From NCBI RefSeq assembly GCF_964213995.1, contig NC_135823.1, positions 44,640,001 to 44,704,000 on the forward strand: DNA of 64,000 nt. The letters are read 5' to 3'. Position numbers and translations under genes: made by a program. This document shows positions 11,975 to 23,990 of this stretch, piece by piece. Source of the stretch: Mustelus asterias. Its lineage: Eukaryota. Below the pieces are notes generated by a model. It made no database searches, had not been told where the DNA came from, and saw nothing but the letters and a program-made list of their open reading frames with translations. Within the stretch, counting starts at the first letter, position 1, and each line of letters begins with the position of its first letter.

Positions 11975-12245
11975 ACTAGCTGTTCTGTCTGGAGACAATA
12001 CACATCTCTTTAACCTGTGTTTAATGTTCCCTCCACCCACATTGTCTGTACCTTTAAGACCTGGCTGGCTGTAGGGATTCGCATTCTAATTAGTATTCTG
12101 TAACTTGATTTCTGTGTCTCTGTGCACTGTTGGAGAACAGATTTTCACTCCATCTGACGAAGGGGCAGCGCTCCGAAAGCTTATGGTATTTGCTACCAAA
12201 TAAACCTGTTGGACTTTAACCTGGTGTTGTGAGACTTCTTACTGC
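11975..12245 (+). mobile_element. Penelope-like element 3' fragment in PTX4 intron 1
   Basis: Same family as 3789-4216; ends AATAAACCTGTTGGACTTTAACCTGGTGTTGTGAGACTTCTTACTG. Confidence 0.8.
12150..12186 (+). ncRNA. Intact minimal type I hammerhead ribozyme motif
   Basis: CCAT-CTGACGA-A-GGGGC-AGC-GCTCC-GAA-AGCT-T-ATGG; all core residues and stems I and II present. Confidence 0.78.
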
Positions 12246-12261
12246 AGCCTTTGGTGCAGCC

Positions 12262-12890
12262 CCAGCATTTTCTCTTTTGGTTTCAGAGTTTGCTTTTGTC
12301 CAGTGTTTAACTCACTGCCACTTCCCTTCCAGAGCTTTGACAAAAAGGGTCATCTGGACTCGAAACGTCAGCTCTTTTCTCTCCTTACAGATGTTGCCAG
12401 ACCTGCTGAGATTTTCCAGCATTTTCCCTTTTGGTTGGGTTGCAGCTTTTGTTGGGGCTGGCTTTGTATAGAGTGCGCCTGTTGTATAGAGTTCCTCTTG
12501 GTGGGGGGAGGGAGGGAGGATTGCTAGCCTGCCCTGTCTGTCCACAATGCTAAATCTTTTTAGATCCTTTCTCATCCAGACTTGGCTCTATTCTCCCTCC
12601 ACAGAGGCTGTCAGACTGGCTGAGATTCCCCAGCATTTTCTGTTTTTGCTCCAGATTCCAGCATCCGCAGTAATTCTGCTTTCATCTTGGTATGTTGAAC
12701 ATATTAGTTGATGGGGCTCTTCCCCGGTTAGTTGCTTGAGTGAGATAGAAACGAAGCTTTGACAAAGGGTCATCTGGACTCGAAACGTCAGCTCTTTTCT
12801 CTCCTTACAGATGCTGCCAGATGCTGAGATTTTCCAGCATTTTCTCTTTTGGTTTCAGATTCCAGCATCCGCAGTAATTTGCTTTTATTA
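12262..12890 (+). mobile_element. Cluster of second-family Penelope-like termini (about 3 partial tandem copies) with degenerate hammerheads
   Basis: AGCT-TTGACAA-AGGGTCATCTGGACTC-GAAACGTC-AGCT at 12333 and 12755, followed by the repeated CAGATG(C/T)TGCCAGA...TTTTCCAGCATTTT. Confidence 0.72.
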
Positions 12891-13044
12891 TGATAGAAAT
12901 GAAAATGTCTTTCATCTGCCTAAGGGGGGGTTTCAACTAGTTCTGATCAATTGGTCCAAGGCAATATTTGCTAAAATGCATTTAAGTGTGGTGTTTGGTA
13001 AAGCTTCCTTTTTAATGTGTATCTCTCCCGTTTCATTGCCACAG

Positions 13045-13636
13045 TTTCGGCGATTTCAAGATCTTAGCTTGACCCGGTTACAGATCATTTCGGAAAACTT
13101 CAATGTTTCTTCCAATGTAGACCTTCGGCTCCAGTCGCTAACCGACCAGTTCAATAACATCAACGCCACGGCGAACAGGTTCCACACTGCAGCAGAAAGT
13201 GACATCGGGAGCTTAAAATCCTGGGTGAAGAAACTGCAGAAGAAAGCCAAGAAAATCGACCTGAAGATGTCAACCTTGGAGAAGGTCCTCAACGAGCGAA
13301 GCAAGCAGGTGTCGAGGGACAAGAAAGAGCAGGATTTGCTGGTGACCAACCTGACCAGGAAGGTGGAGGAGCAGAGGGAGGCAATCGGTGCCCTGGCCGC
13401 CGGCAGGATCAAGCTACAGAAGGAAATGGAGGGCATTCGCGATGAGGTTAAGGGCCAGGGCGTTAAAGTAGCCAGTTTTGAGGAGCAGATGACAAGTGCC
13501 TTGCAGAACGACGCCCTCTCGGTGAAGCCAAGCCCCATGCAGTCAGCAGCAGCCACAGCACCGCTGGGGCACCGGGCAAAATCCTTCAACCAGGCACCCT
13601 CCACCAAGCAGCCACTCTCCAAAAAAGAAGGGTCAA
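13045..13636 (+). CDS. PTX4: Pentraxin-4 coding exon 2 (coiled coil and linker)
   Basis: Acceptor CACAG|TTT, FRRFQDLSLTRLQIISENFNVS; phase-1 donor TCAA|GTATGT joins exon 3 to give GS-I-CNV. Confidence 0.9.
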
Positions 13637-13755
13637 GTATGTCTGAATTCCAACAGGGCTGGGGAGATGATATGGTTAATTTACAAAGCAGAAGTTGATT
13701 TAAGTAAAAAAAATACCCATTCTGTATTCAAACATTAGCCTCTTTTATATATCAT

Positions 13756-14077
13756 GGTTGGCATGGTGGCACAGTGATTAGCACTGCTGCCTCACAGCGC
13801 CAGAGACCCGGGTTCGATTACCGGCTTGGGTCACTGTCTGTGTGGAGTTTGCATGTTCTCCCGTGTCTGCGTGGGTTTCCTTCGGGTGCTCCGGTTTCCT
13901 TCCCAGATGTGTGGGTTAGGTGGGTTGGCCATGCTAAATTGACCTTTAGTGTCAGGGGAACTAGTTAGGGTAAATGCATGGGATTATGGTGATAGGGTCT
14001 GGGTGGGATTGTGGTTGGTGCAGACTGGAGGGGCTGAATGGCCTCCTTCTGCACTGTAGGATTCTATGATTCTATGA
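13756..14077 (+). mobile_element. HE1-like V-SINE (CR1-type tail)
   Basis: tRNA head, V-domain, (ATTCTATG)2 tail. Confidence 0.9.
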
Positions 14078-14845
14078 TCATTCCTCAGCACTTCTTAAAA
14101 TGTACTTGTCAGCTTGGATTAGGTTAACATATTTTCCAACCCCATAAAATCCAACCCTTCAAATGTAACAAGAGATAGTTCAGTTCCTGCTCACCCTGGG
14201 ACATTTTTAAAACAAATATTTAAGTCCGCATTTAAAAGACTGCAGTGGGGAATGTGACACAAAAATGAGGGACTTCTTTTTAGAAACACCAACATACATT
14301 TGCAAAGGCAAAGTGAATTTTGGGCAGGGACATGTCAGCACTGTACTGCATGTAGGATATTTCCTTTAGGCAGCATTCAAATGATTGGGTGTTTCAGTAA
14401 AACTAATACTTTCAAACTGCTGATTCTTCAGTAACCGCCCCCCCCCCTGCCCCACCCCCACCCCCATCTCAACAATATAACTCAGCTCCAACCCCAACCC
14501 CTGAATAGCCACCCTCTTAAAGAAACCGGAGCCTGCAGAAAGGTCAGGGGTCCAGAGCATGTGACTGCCAAATTGCTTCCACAGCATCTAAATTAACTTT
14601 CTATAAATGCAGAGGAATGCATATTAATATCACGCAACTATTTATGATCAATGCCACTCGGCAGAGACTTTAAAAAGTTCAGCCTGAATAAGTGTAAAGT
14701 CATGGAGTTGACTTGTAAATGAATAGTAAAGAGATTGGAGATTTTGGTACATGCATTGTTAAAAATCATAGGCTCAGTATGCACAAACGGTGAAAAACAA
14801 CACGCATAAAATTTTGAAATATCTACTGCGACTTGTAAACCAGAA

Positions 14846-15157
14846 GGGTGGCACGGTGGCACAGTGGTTAGCAGTGCTGCCTCACAGCGCCAGGAACCTA
14901 GGTTTGACTCCTGGCTTGAGTCACTGTCTGTGAGGAGTCTGCACGTATACCCTGCGCCTGCGGGGGTTTCCTCCGGGAGCTCCAGTTCCCTCCCACAGTC
15001 TGAAATTCGCGCTGGTTAGGTGCATTGGCCATGCTAAATTTCCCCCTCAGTGTACCCGAACAGGCGCCGGAGTGTGACGACTAGGAGATTTTCACAGTAA
15101 CTTCATTGCAATGTTAATGTAAGCCTACTTGTGACACTAACAAACTTTAAACTTTAA
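14846..15157 (+). mobile_element. V-SINE, type-2 tail
   Basis: GGGTGGCACGGTGGCACAGTGGTTAGC head; tail GCCTACTTGTGACACTAACAAACTTTAAACTTT. Confidence 0.9.
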
Positions 15158-15846
15158 ATTGACGTGGATCTTGGTGAAGCCACACCTGGAAGTGCAGTGT
15201 TCATTGTTCTCTGAATGACAGACAGGTTTTATAGGATGATTGCAGCAAGTCTGAACAAGGGCTGCAATGCAAATTCATTAATTCAGAGGGCGAAATGATG
15301 AGGACATGTTGTCTAAACCGAGTCATTTAGTCCCTGGAGAAGAGAAGGACAAGGAGTGACCTGAGATCATGAAAAGTTTAACAAGCTTCGTAGAGTTTGA
15401 ATTCACAAAATTTCTTCTGACGGACACAGGATTTGGGTGATTTGGGGACCATTTAAAATGAAGCATACCCATCGGAACCTGAAAATGTATGCAACCTTTC
15501 TTAGCAAATGACAGATTTTAGAACTTGGAGTAGTTGAACAGAAAGTACTTTGTATAAAGGAATTATATAGAAATTATAACAGATGAACGATTCATTTGAC
15601 TGAAACAATACCTATGTGTATACACAGTTCGGTCGCTTCATGACAATCTAGAGAGAAAAGGGAGTGCTAGAATTTGTATCTGCTGACCTGCATTCTACAA
15701 CATACTGTTCTCAGACTGGTAACTTTAGTACAGTTGTAACTTAAGGTGAGTTAAGAATCTTCAGTGAAGCCACAGCACCTTACACTGAACATCTTGTAAC
15801 AAATTATGGTTCAACTGAAAGATTAACATTTTACAACAGTGTAAAT

Positions 15847-16136
15847 ATTTATTAGTGTCACAAGTAGGCTGACATTTACACTGCAATGAAGTTACTGTGA
15901 AAATCCCCTAGTCGTCACGCTCCAGGTACACTGAAGGAGATAATTTAGCAAGGCCAGTGCACCTAACCAGCATGTCTTTCAGACTGTGGGAGGAAACCGG
16001 AGCACCCAGAGGAAACCCACGCAGACATGGGGAGAACATGCAGGCTCCACACAGGCAGTGACCCAAGCCAGGAATTGAACCCAGGTCCCTGGCGCTGTGA
16101 GGCAGCAGTGCTAACCACTGTGCCACCATGCCGCCC
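15847..16136 (-). mobile_element. V-SINE, type-2 tail
   Basis: Reverse complement of the 14846 family. Confidence 0.9.
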
Positions 16137-16203
16137 TGAATAGGCACTGAAATAAACAGTTAAATCAAATTAATTAATTCATTAAAATCAGTTAATGAAA
16201 AAA

Positions 16204-16490
16204 AAGTTTAAAGTTAAAGTTTATTTATTAGTCACAAGTAGGCTTACATTCACACTGTAATGAAGTTACTGTGAAAATCCCCTCGTTGCCACACTCCGGC
16301 ACCTGTTCGGGTACACTGAGGGAGAATTTAGCATGGCCAATGCACCTAACCAGCACGTCTTTCAGACTGTGGGAGGAAATCGGAGCACCCGGAGGAAACC
16401 CACGCAAACAAAAGGCGAAAGTGCAAACTCCACACAGACAGTGACCCAAGCTGGGAATCGAACCTGGGTCCCTGGTGCTGGTCCCTGGTG
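16204..16490 (-). mobile_element. V-SINE, type-2 tail, 5'-truncated
   Basis: Reverse complement of the 14846 family; lacks the A-box. Confidence 0.88.
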
Positions 16491-17179
16491 AATACAGTTT
16501 ATAAAGGAAAAAAGTTAGATTGCTAAAAAAACAAACAAAAATAGCCCAACATTAACTAATGCTTAACATTAGACATTATTACAAAAACCATCAATTTATA
16601 TAGGATGATGAATGCACAGAGATGAGTTGAATTTAATGGATCTTCATTCCTAAGAATGGATACAATAATAGGGAAAATGAATGGTTGTAGCTATGTTGAT
16701 GTGGATGATGTTTACTAATACAGATCTTTCTGGCAATGAAGAGTCTGAAATGTGTTACAAACTTAAGATCAAATACTCTGGCTATTTTTTGCAGGTATTG
16801 TACTGATTTATCAGAAGGTCATAAAAGAAAAAGTTATAGTGCAAACGGAGGCGATTTTGGCTTCAGGCTATGACAGCTCTCCAGCAAGAGCTTTCTATCC
16901 AAATCTCATTTCTCTATGTCTTAATATCTTCCTCCTTAAATATGTATCCAATCTTTCAAAAGTTATATTATTTTCTCCATGTTTCAAGCATTCATGGTGT
17001 AATAATCTTCTGCATGAAAAAGTTCTCCAAACTTTGTCCGTTGCTGTTCTATTAATAGTGCCCTTGTCAATGATTGACCAACTGAAGGAAACAAGTTCTG
17101 ATTACCTACCATTTCAAAACCTTTCATAATTCTGGAACATCCATTACATACCCCTTAACCTTCTCTATTGGGATCGAGT

Positions 17180-18260
17180 TTGCATAGAAGACACAGAAAT
17201 AGGTGGAAAGGTAAGTTGAGGGAGGGATACAAACAGTTTACAAAGCGATATTGACAGGCTAAGTGAGTGGGCAAAAAGTTGGCAAATGGATATAATGTGG
17301 GAAAATGTGAAGTTGTTCACTTTGGAAGGGGGAACAAAAGAACAGAATATTACTTAAATGGAGAAAAACTGCAGAAAGATGCAAGATAGAGGGTACTTGT
17401 GCACAAAACACAGAAAGCAACAGGTAATCAGGAAGGCTAATGGAATGTTAGCCTTTATTTCAAGGGGTTTGGAGTATAAGAGTAGGGAAGTCTTGCTGCA
17501 ACTGTACAATGTACTGGTGAGACCACATCTGGTCCCCTTATTAAGGAAAGACATCAGCCATGATTTTCTTACCATATTGCGCCTGGCACAGATCTTGCTA
17601 ATCCGGGAAAATTGCATGCGGGCCTAAAGATGGGTTTTGCGCCTGGCGTCTTGCATTCTTCCCAGTCCCCTTCTCCAAATCTTGCCCAGAGAGGGTGCAA
17701 GGCTGGTTAGCACGAGATTGACTTGATTTTCTCACCTTAAATGACACAATCATTTTTTGGGAAAATTCCAGCCATTATTTCATTTGAGGTCGTTCAGAGA
17801 AGGTTCACTAGGATGTTCCGCGGTATGGAGGGATTGTCTTATGAGGAAAGGTTAAACAGGTTCTGACTCTACTCATTAGAATTTAGGGATTTTTAAGGGG
17901 CTCGACAGGATAAATGCTGAGAGGATGTTTCCCCTCATGGGAGAGTCTCAGACCAGAGGGCATGGCCTCAGAATAAAAGGGCACCAATTTAAGACTGAGA
18001 TGAGGAAGAATGTCTTCTCTCAGAAGATTGTGAGCCTTTGGAACTCCTTGCAGCAGAGAGCTGTGGGGACATAGTCCTTGTGTATATTTAAGGCTGAGAT
18101 GGATAGATTTTTGATCTGTAAGGGAATCAAGGGTTACGAGGAAAGGACAGGAAAGTGAATGTGAGGAATGACAAATCAGCCATGATCGTACTGAATGGCG
18201 GAGCAGGCTCAAGGAGCCGAACGGCCTACTCCTTTTCCTATTTCTCATGGTCTTATACTC
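17180..18260 (+). mobile_element. Degenerate CR1 3' region, interrupted at ~17555-17775
   Basis: QQVIRKANGMLAFISRGLEYKSREVLLQLY matches CR1 ORF2; CR1 tail GGCCTACTCCT. Confidence 0.85.
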
Positions 18261-19009
18261 TGATATGTTTTAGAAGACTTCCCAATTTGACCACAAAATA
18301 TCAATTTGTAAAGGGGCTGCAAAGACACATCATTCTTTGCTTAATCAATATGTTGTGCACATTCTTATCCCAGCCTTCCTCAGGAGCCTACCCAAGCATT
18401 CCCCATTCTTACAACTCTGAGACTATAGCAAACCTCCAACCGGCCCATAAATCTTCTTAATTTCTTACCCTCTAATTATTGCTGTATAGTGTACACCCAA
18501 GATGGTAACAGATCCCTTATTATTTACTAACATAGACAAGACAGACTCTCCCTGAGCACCCACAGCACTAATAGAATCTCCACTTTGATAATTGTCATTG
18601 TGCTCTTAATTAACAAAGCCACCCTTTTCCCTTCAGTATCAATCCTGAAAATGTAAATGTCCACTTACATTAATTGTATATTTAGTTGCAAGCTTGATCC
18701 ATATTTGGCAGAGTTCCTGCGTAGTGGATTAAGTTCAGGGGTTTAAGGTATTAAAAATATATTCACAGAAAATTAGTTTAACTTTTTACAAAGGCTGCAA
18801 AAACCCTCAATCTGTTTTACACTTAAAATTTGCATATTATCATAGATTATGTAAATGCTTCCATTACATCGCAATGGGTGATAATATTTGGTGTCATGTG
18901 CAACAAAAGCTGGCATACTTGATACCCCAAAGAAGATCTGAAAAGTGAGGACCAATGAATATTTATCGCTTAGGATGTGCATTACTTGTAATACTCACAT
19001 TTAATACTC

Positions 19010-19329
19010 CCCAAAGGTAGGGAAGTCTAAAACTAGAGGGCATAGGTTTAAGGTGAGAGGGGAGAGATACAAAAGGTTCCAGAGGGACAATATTTTCACA
19101 CAGAGGGTGGTGAGTGTCTGGAACAAGCTGCCGGAGGTAGTAGTAGAGGCGGGTACAATTTTGTCTTTTAAAAAGCGTTTAGACAGTTACATGGGTAAGA
19201 TGGGTATAGAGGAATATGGGCAAAATGCGGGCAATTGGGATTAGCTTAGGGGTTTAAAAAAAAAGGCGGCATGGACAAGTTGGGCTGAAGGGCCTGTTTC
19301 CATGCTGTAAACCTGTACGACTCTATGAC
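19010..19329 (+). mobile_element. CR1 3' end (second subfamily), just upstream of PTX4 exon 3
   Basis: Near-identical to 55168-55488; ORF FTQRVVSVWNKLPEVVVEAG. Confidence 0.9.
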
Positions 19330-19361
19330 ATTTGATCATCCATGTGTTTCTCTTCTTGCAG

Positions 19362-19999
19362 TCTGCAATGTGAATTCAGTGATGCACTTTCCCAATTCTT
19401 CCACTGAGAACTATGCAACCTTCGGCAAAGGCTTTTCAACCGGGCTATTTGAAATGACCATCTGCTCCTGGCTCAGAACCAAATCAAACTATTTGGGAAC
19501 TATGCTGTCATATGCAACAGAGGATAATGACAACAAATTGGTACTGCACGGCCGAAATACAAGCAAACAAACCACCATCCATTTTGTAATTGGAGATCCG
19601 GCATTCAGGGAACTTCCTGTGATACCACTCTTAGATGGCCGGTGGCACCATATTTGCATAATTTGGTCTTCCTTCGAGGGTAAGTACTGGTACTATATAG
19701 ACAGGCGTCTGGCAGCAGCTGGTTCCAAATTCCAAAAAGGCTATGAGATTCCAGCTGGTGGAACACTTATAGTAGGCCAGGAACAGGATAATGTGGGAGG
19801 AGGCTTTGACTATACTGAATCCTTTGTAGGGAGTTTGGCTGGATTCACAATTTGGAACCGGGCTTTGGTTCCTGGGGAAATCTCGAGCATCACTACAGGA
19901 AAGTCATTACCTGGAGGCAGAGTTTTAACTTTCAATGATGTTTCCACACTTAATGGTGCAGTTCGACATCAGAATTGTACATGCCTAGAGCATTGTTAG
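19362..19999 (+). CDS. PTX4: Pentraxin-4 coding exon 3 (pentraxin domain and stop)
   Basis: Acceptor TCTTCTTGCAG|TC; ICSWLR, LSYATEDNDNKL, WHHICIIWSS signature, LIVGQEQD..GGGFD..ESFVG; exons total 1368 nt = 455 aa plus stop. Confidence 0.96.
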
Positions 20000-20196
20000 T
20001 AAAAAAAAACATATTGGACAGGGAGGACTCATTAAACTCTACTTTATACTCAGTATTCCGGTCACTTTGTTTGCAATGGCTACATTTTCTGTACAGCAAT
20101 TCAGAGTTGTCGTATTCACGTCTCTGCAATGTGCTTTAAAACTCAAGATCACTTTCATTCTTTGAGAAATCAACCAGTAATATTTGGCTATACATA

Positions 20197-20495
20197 TGGG
20201 ATTTTTAAGGGACTTGACAGGGTAAATGCTGAGAGGATGTTTCCCCTCATGGTAGAGTCTCGGACCAGAGGGCACAGTCTCAGAATAAAGGAGTGCCAAT
20301 TTAAGACTGAGATGAGGAGGAATTTCTTCTCTCAGAGGGTTGTGAATCTTTGGAACTCTTTGCCACAGAGAGCTGTGGGGGTAGAATCCTTGTGTGTATT
20401 TAAGGCTGAGATAGATAGATTTTTGATCAGTAAGGGAATCAAGGGTTTCGAGGAAAGGACCGGAAAGTGGATGTGAGGAATGTCGGATCAGTCAG
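20197..20495 (+). mobile_element. CR1 3' fragment downstream of the PTX4 stop
   Basis: GLDRVNAERMFP...RRNFFSQRVVNLWNSLP. Confidence 0.88.
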
Positions 20496-20659
20496 GACTA
20501 TAAGCAAGTAATAGAAAGAAAATCTTTGGAGAGAATTAATGGTTACATCCAAATAAGGCCAATGCATTTTGAATAATCATTACAGAATGTAATACAGAAG
20601 TACGTATAAGACCAAGTACAGCTTACTGCGGTTTTAAAGACTGAAATAGCCTTGCAGAA

Positions 20660-21040
20660 TGTATAACACACCTAATTCACTCTCTCCACCAATGGTGCAC
20701 TATCAATGCAAGATACAAGGCAGCAACTCAACAAGGCTTCTTGAAAAGCACCTCCCAAACCCATGAACTTTACCACCTAGAAGGCCAAGGCAGCAAATGC
20801 ATGGGAACACCACCACTGGCAAACCACACACCATCCTGACCTGGAAATAAATCATCATTCCTTCTTCGTCACTGGGTCAAAATCCTGGAACTTCTTAACT
20901 AACAGAACAGTGATGTACCTACAGTGCATAGACTGCAGTGATTTAAGTAGGCAGCTTACCACCACCTTATGTGCATTTAGGGATGGGCAATAAATGCTGG
21001 CCTTGTCAGTGATGCCTACATCCTGTGAATGATTTAAAAA
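20660..21040 (+). mobile_element. Non-LTR retrotransposon 3' fragment (same family as 7660-7970)
   Basis: GGGATGGGCAATAAATGCTGGCC...TGAATGATTTAAAAA tail shared with 50880-50945. Confidence 0.7.
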
Positions 21041-23689
21041 ATTATAAACTTTGTGTATCTTACTAATTTGAATACTGATAAAATTTAGTTGTGTACTTTA
21101 GGGCTTTCATATTATGTCCTATAGTTTCGTATGAAGAAAATTCTTATTGAAATGATGTATTGGTCTTGTTTGTGCTTTCTATTTTTGTAGAATGATTTGC
21201 TCATAAAGTGATTTGATATCAAACAGCTGTTAACTGTGTCAAAGTTTCTTATCATCGGGAGTATTCTGACCAAGTTCAAATGCTGGATGATGCGTTGTGC
21301 CCTAAAGGCAGCTAAGCCAAGAATCTCCCGCCTGTCATAGTGCAAGAATCACTGATGGACAATAACAGTCACCCTGAGGCCATTGCAAAAGCACGTGATA
21401 TATAAGATCCTTACCTTGTGCAATGTCTTTGTCTGACCACATCTATAATATGATTTTCAACTTTGGTCCATTCACAAGGTATTAAGGCCTTGGCAAAGGA
21501 TTGACTGATTCCTTGTTTAAGGGCTCTATGTTATCAGGATAGGTAGCTGGGTATTTACTGCTTAAAAAATGGAAGTGTCAAGGGGATATGATTCAGTTCT
21601 CTCAAGTTATGGAGGGGTTAGATTTTGTCCATGTGGATAATTTGAGTTCGATGAGCAGGGGAGAATAAAGTACAACAACAGTGGAAAATGCTGGAAATAA
21701 TCAACAGATTTGATAACATCTGTGGAGAGAGAAGCAGAGTTAACATTTCAGGTCAATGAACTTGCATCAGTTCTAGTGGAATAATGGAACATGCTTGAGG
21801 GCTGAATGGCCCACTCTTGTTCCAATGCTCCATTTCCCTACCCACACCAATAAGAAAGTAAGAATTTGGAGTGAAAGTAGGCCTTTTGGGCCATCAAGCC
21901 TGCTTTGCCATTTAACATAATCTTCCACTTCAACTCCACTTTCTGAAGCTATCCCCATATCCCTTAATTCCCTCAGTATCCAAAAATCTATTGATCTCTT
22001 TATTGAACATAGTATGTTCTGAATTCTCGCATTTTTGTTAAAATAATGTAAAATCTTGTTGAACACCTCCAAGAAGGCCATGTAAATAACATTCATTCAC
22101 ACTCACTTATCGAGCACATTGGTTACGTCCTCAGAACATTCCACTAAGGCTATAGTTAATCCATTTAGCACCGTTCCTCCTCAGAGTTAGTTTCATTATT
22201 TTTTCATATGTCTATATGCAAACATTCAATAACACAAAACATCCATTGTTTAACCTTTGAAATATTTATATTTAAGTTATTTAAATTGTATCTCAGCCAC
22301 CTATGAATAATCAGATCAATAAAAATGCTAAGTGTGATTCAGTTTGAATGAAAGAGAAACTAATTCAACATTTGTGAATAGATTACAATGATGACCATAA
22401 GAAAATTGTGCTGACATTAGCCAAATTTGATTCAGATATTGAATGCCATACTTGATTCTATTCACCTGAAGTTCACCCGTGATAAAGGAGTTGGGGGCGT
22501 ATTGACAGAGCAGAAGATGCAAATGGCGATGGATTTGCTGGAACCAGTTTACATTGCTGGTGCATCACACAAAACAAGGCACATGTATTCTCTGGGATTG
22601 TATCAGACATCTTCTCTATCGTGCCAGAAGCATGTACAGAACTGATCAGGAATATTCTTGGTACGTGGTGTTTCTATTGCCAATTATCGTAGATACAAAT
22701 ACCATTTTTAATATGAATAAACAGGTCAGTGATAACATTGAAGATGTACTGCACCAAAAAGAGGAGTCTTAGCAACACAGAAAAAGTAGCTGGAAGAGGT
22801 ATTGAATTGTCTTGTATATCTTTTTTTGAACATAGAATAGATTTATTTTAATTCAATGCAACAGACAATGAATCTTATTTAGATATTTGCAGATGATTTT
22901 GAAAGTTCATTTGGGGACAGTAGAACTCTGGCACATGTGAACAAAGAGCACAGACTAATGGCTCCGTCCTCCAGCTTAAAGGTTGTAATTCTCTTTCTGT
23001 TCACTTCAGCTGACTCATTTTCTTATTTATACAACAGAATAAACTTGAATTTACACAGTACTTTTAACATCAGAAGTGCTTCACTAAAGGATAATCAGAC
23101 ACTAATGGATGCTGAAGAACAGAGACATCAGGAGATATGACCAAAATCTTTGCTCAAAGGAGTAGGTTTTGAGGAGGATCTTAAAGACATAGGGAGGTGA
23201 ACCAATTTTGGAGGGAATTTCATACTTTCGAAGGTATGGCTGCCAAAGTTGAGCAGGGTGGGGCGATGGCAGAGGCAGAGGAACAGAGAGTTGGCGGGCA
23301 GTGTGTATTGTAGGGCAGCAGAACGTTACATATATAGAGTACAGGGCGAGAATTAAATAATTTAAACATGAGGATTAATTAGGGGAGTTCAGCCATTGAT
23401 GACAGCAAGGATAGGGATAATGGGTGAGCAGGACATGGTGAGGGATGGATACTTAGAGCAGAGTTCTGAATGAGCTGAAGTTTACATGTGGCGGAGATTG
23501 CAAGGCCAGCCAGAAACAATGGAAATAAGCAAGTCTTTTGGTCAGAGAGGCAGGGATTTAGGTTTCAGTGGCAGGTGGGCTGAGTCAGGGCTGGAGACAG
23601 ACAATCTTTGTGATGGAGAGGATGAGATGTCAGAAGCTGATCTCATGCTTGAAGAAGATAGAGATTGTGAACAGTAGGATTAAGCAATA

Positions 23690-23990
23690 GTTAAGAAAGT
23701 ACTGCACTGTCAGACTCTGCCTATTAAACAAGACATCAAACTTGAGACTCCTTCTGCCATGTAAGGTGGGAACAGTAGATTCCATGTAAGAATTCAAGGA
23801 AGGACCAATATCAATCGATACCACTAAAACAGATTATCCAGTCATTCATCTCATTGTCATTTGTGGGACCTTCATAGGTGCAAAGTGGCTTTCATATCTT
23901 CCGACATTACAACAGCAAGTATGTTTAATTCACTATGACGCACTTCAAGACATCCTGAGATTATAAATTAAACTATACAATGCAAGTCTT
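23690..23990 (+). mobile_element. Degenerate DeuSINE (SacSINE1-like)
   Basis: AAAACAGATTATCCAGTCATTCATCTCATTG...TGTGGGA...CAAAGTGGCT...ATTACAACAG is similar to 33780-34200. Confidence 0.55.

Noticed and set aside
13056-13622. 188-aa minus-strand ORF
   Set aside because: Antisense shadow of PTX4 exon 2
12811-13698. 295-aa ORF as a standalone gene
   Set aside because: It is PTX4 exon 2 plus TE-derived and intronic read-through on both sides
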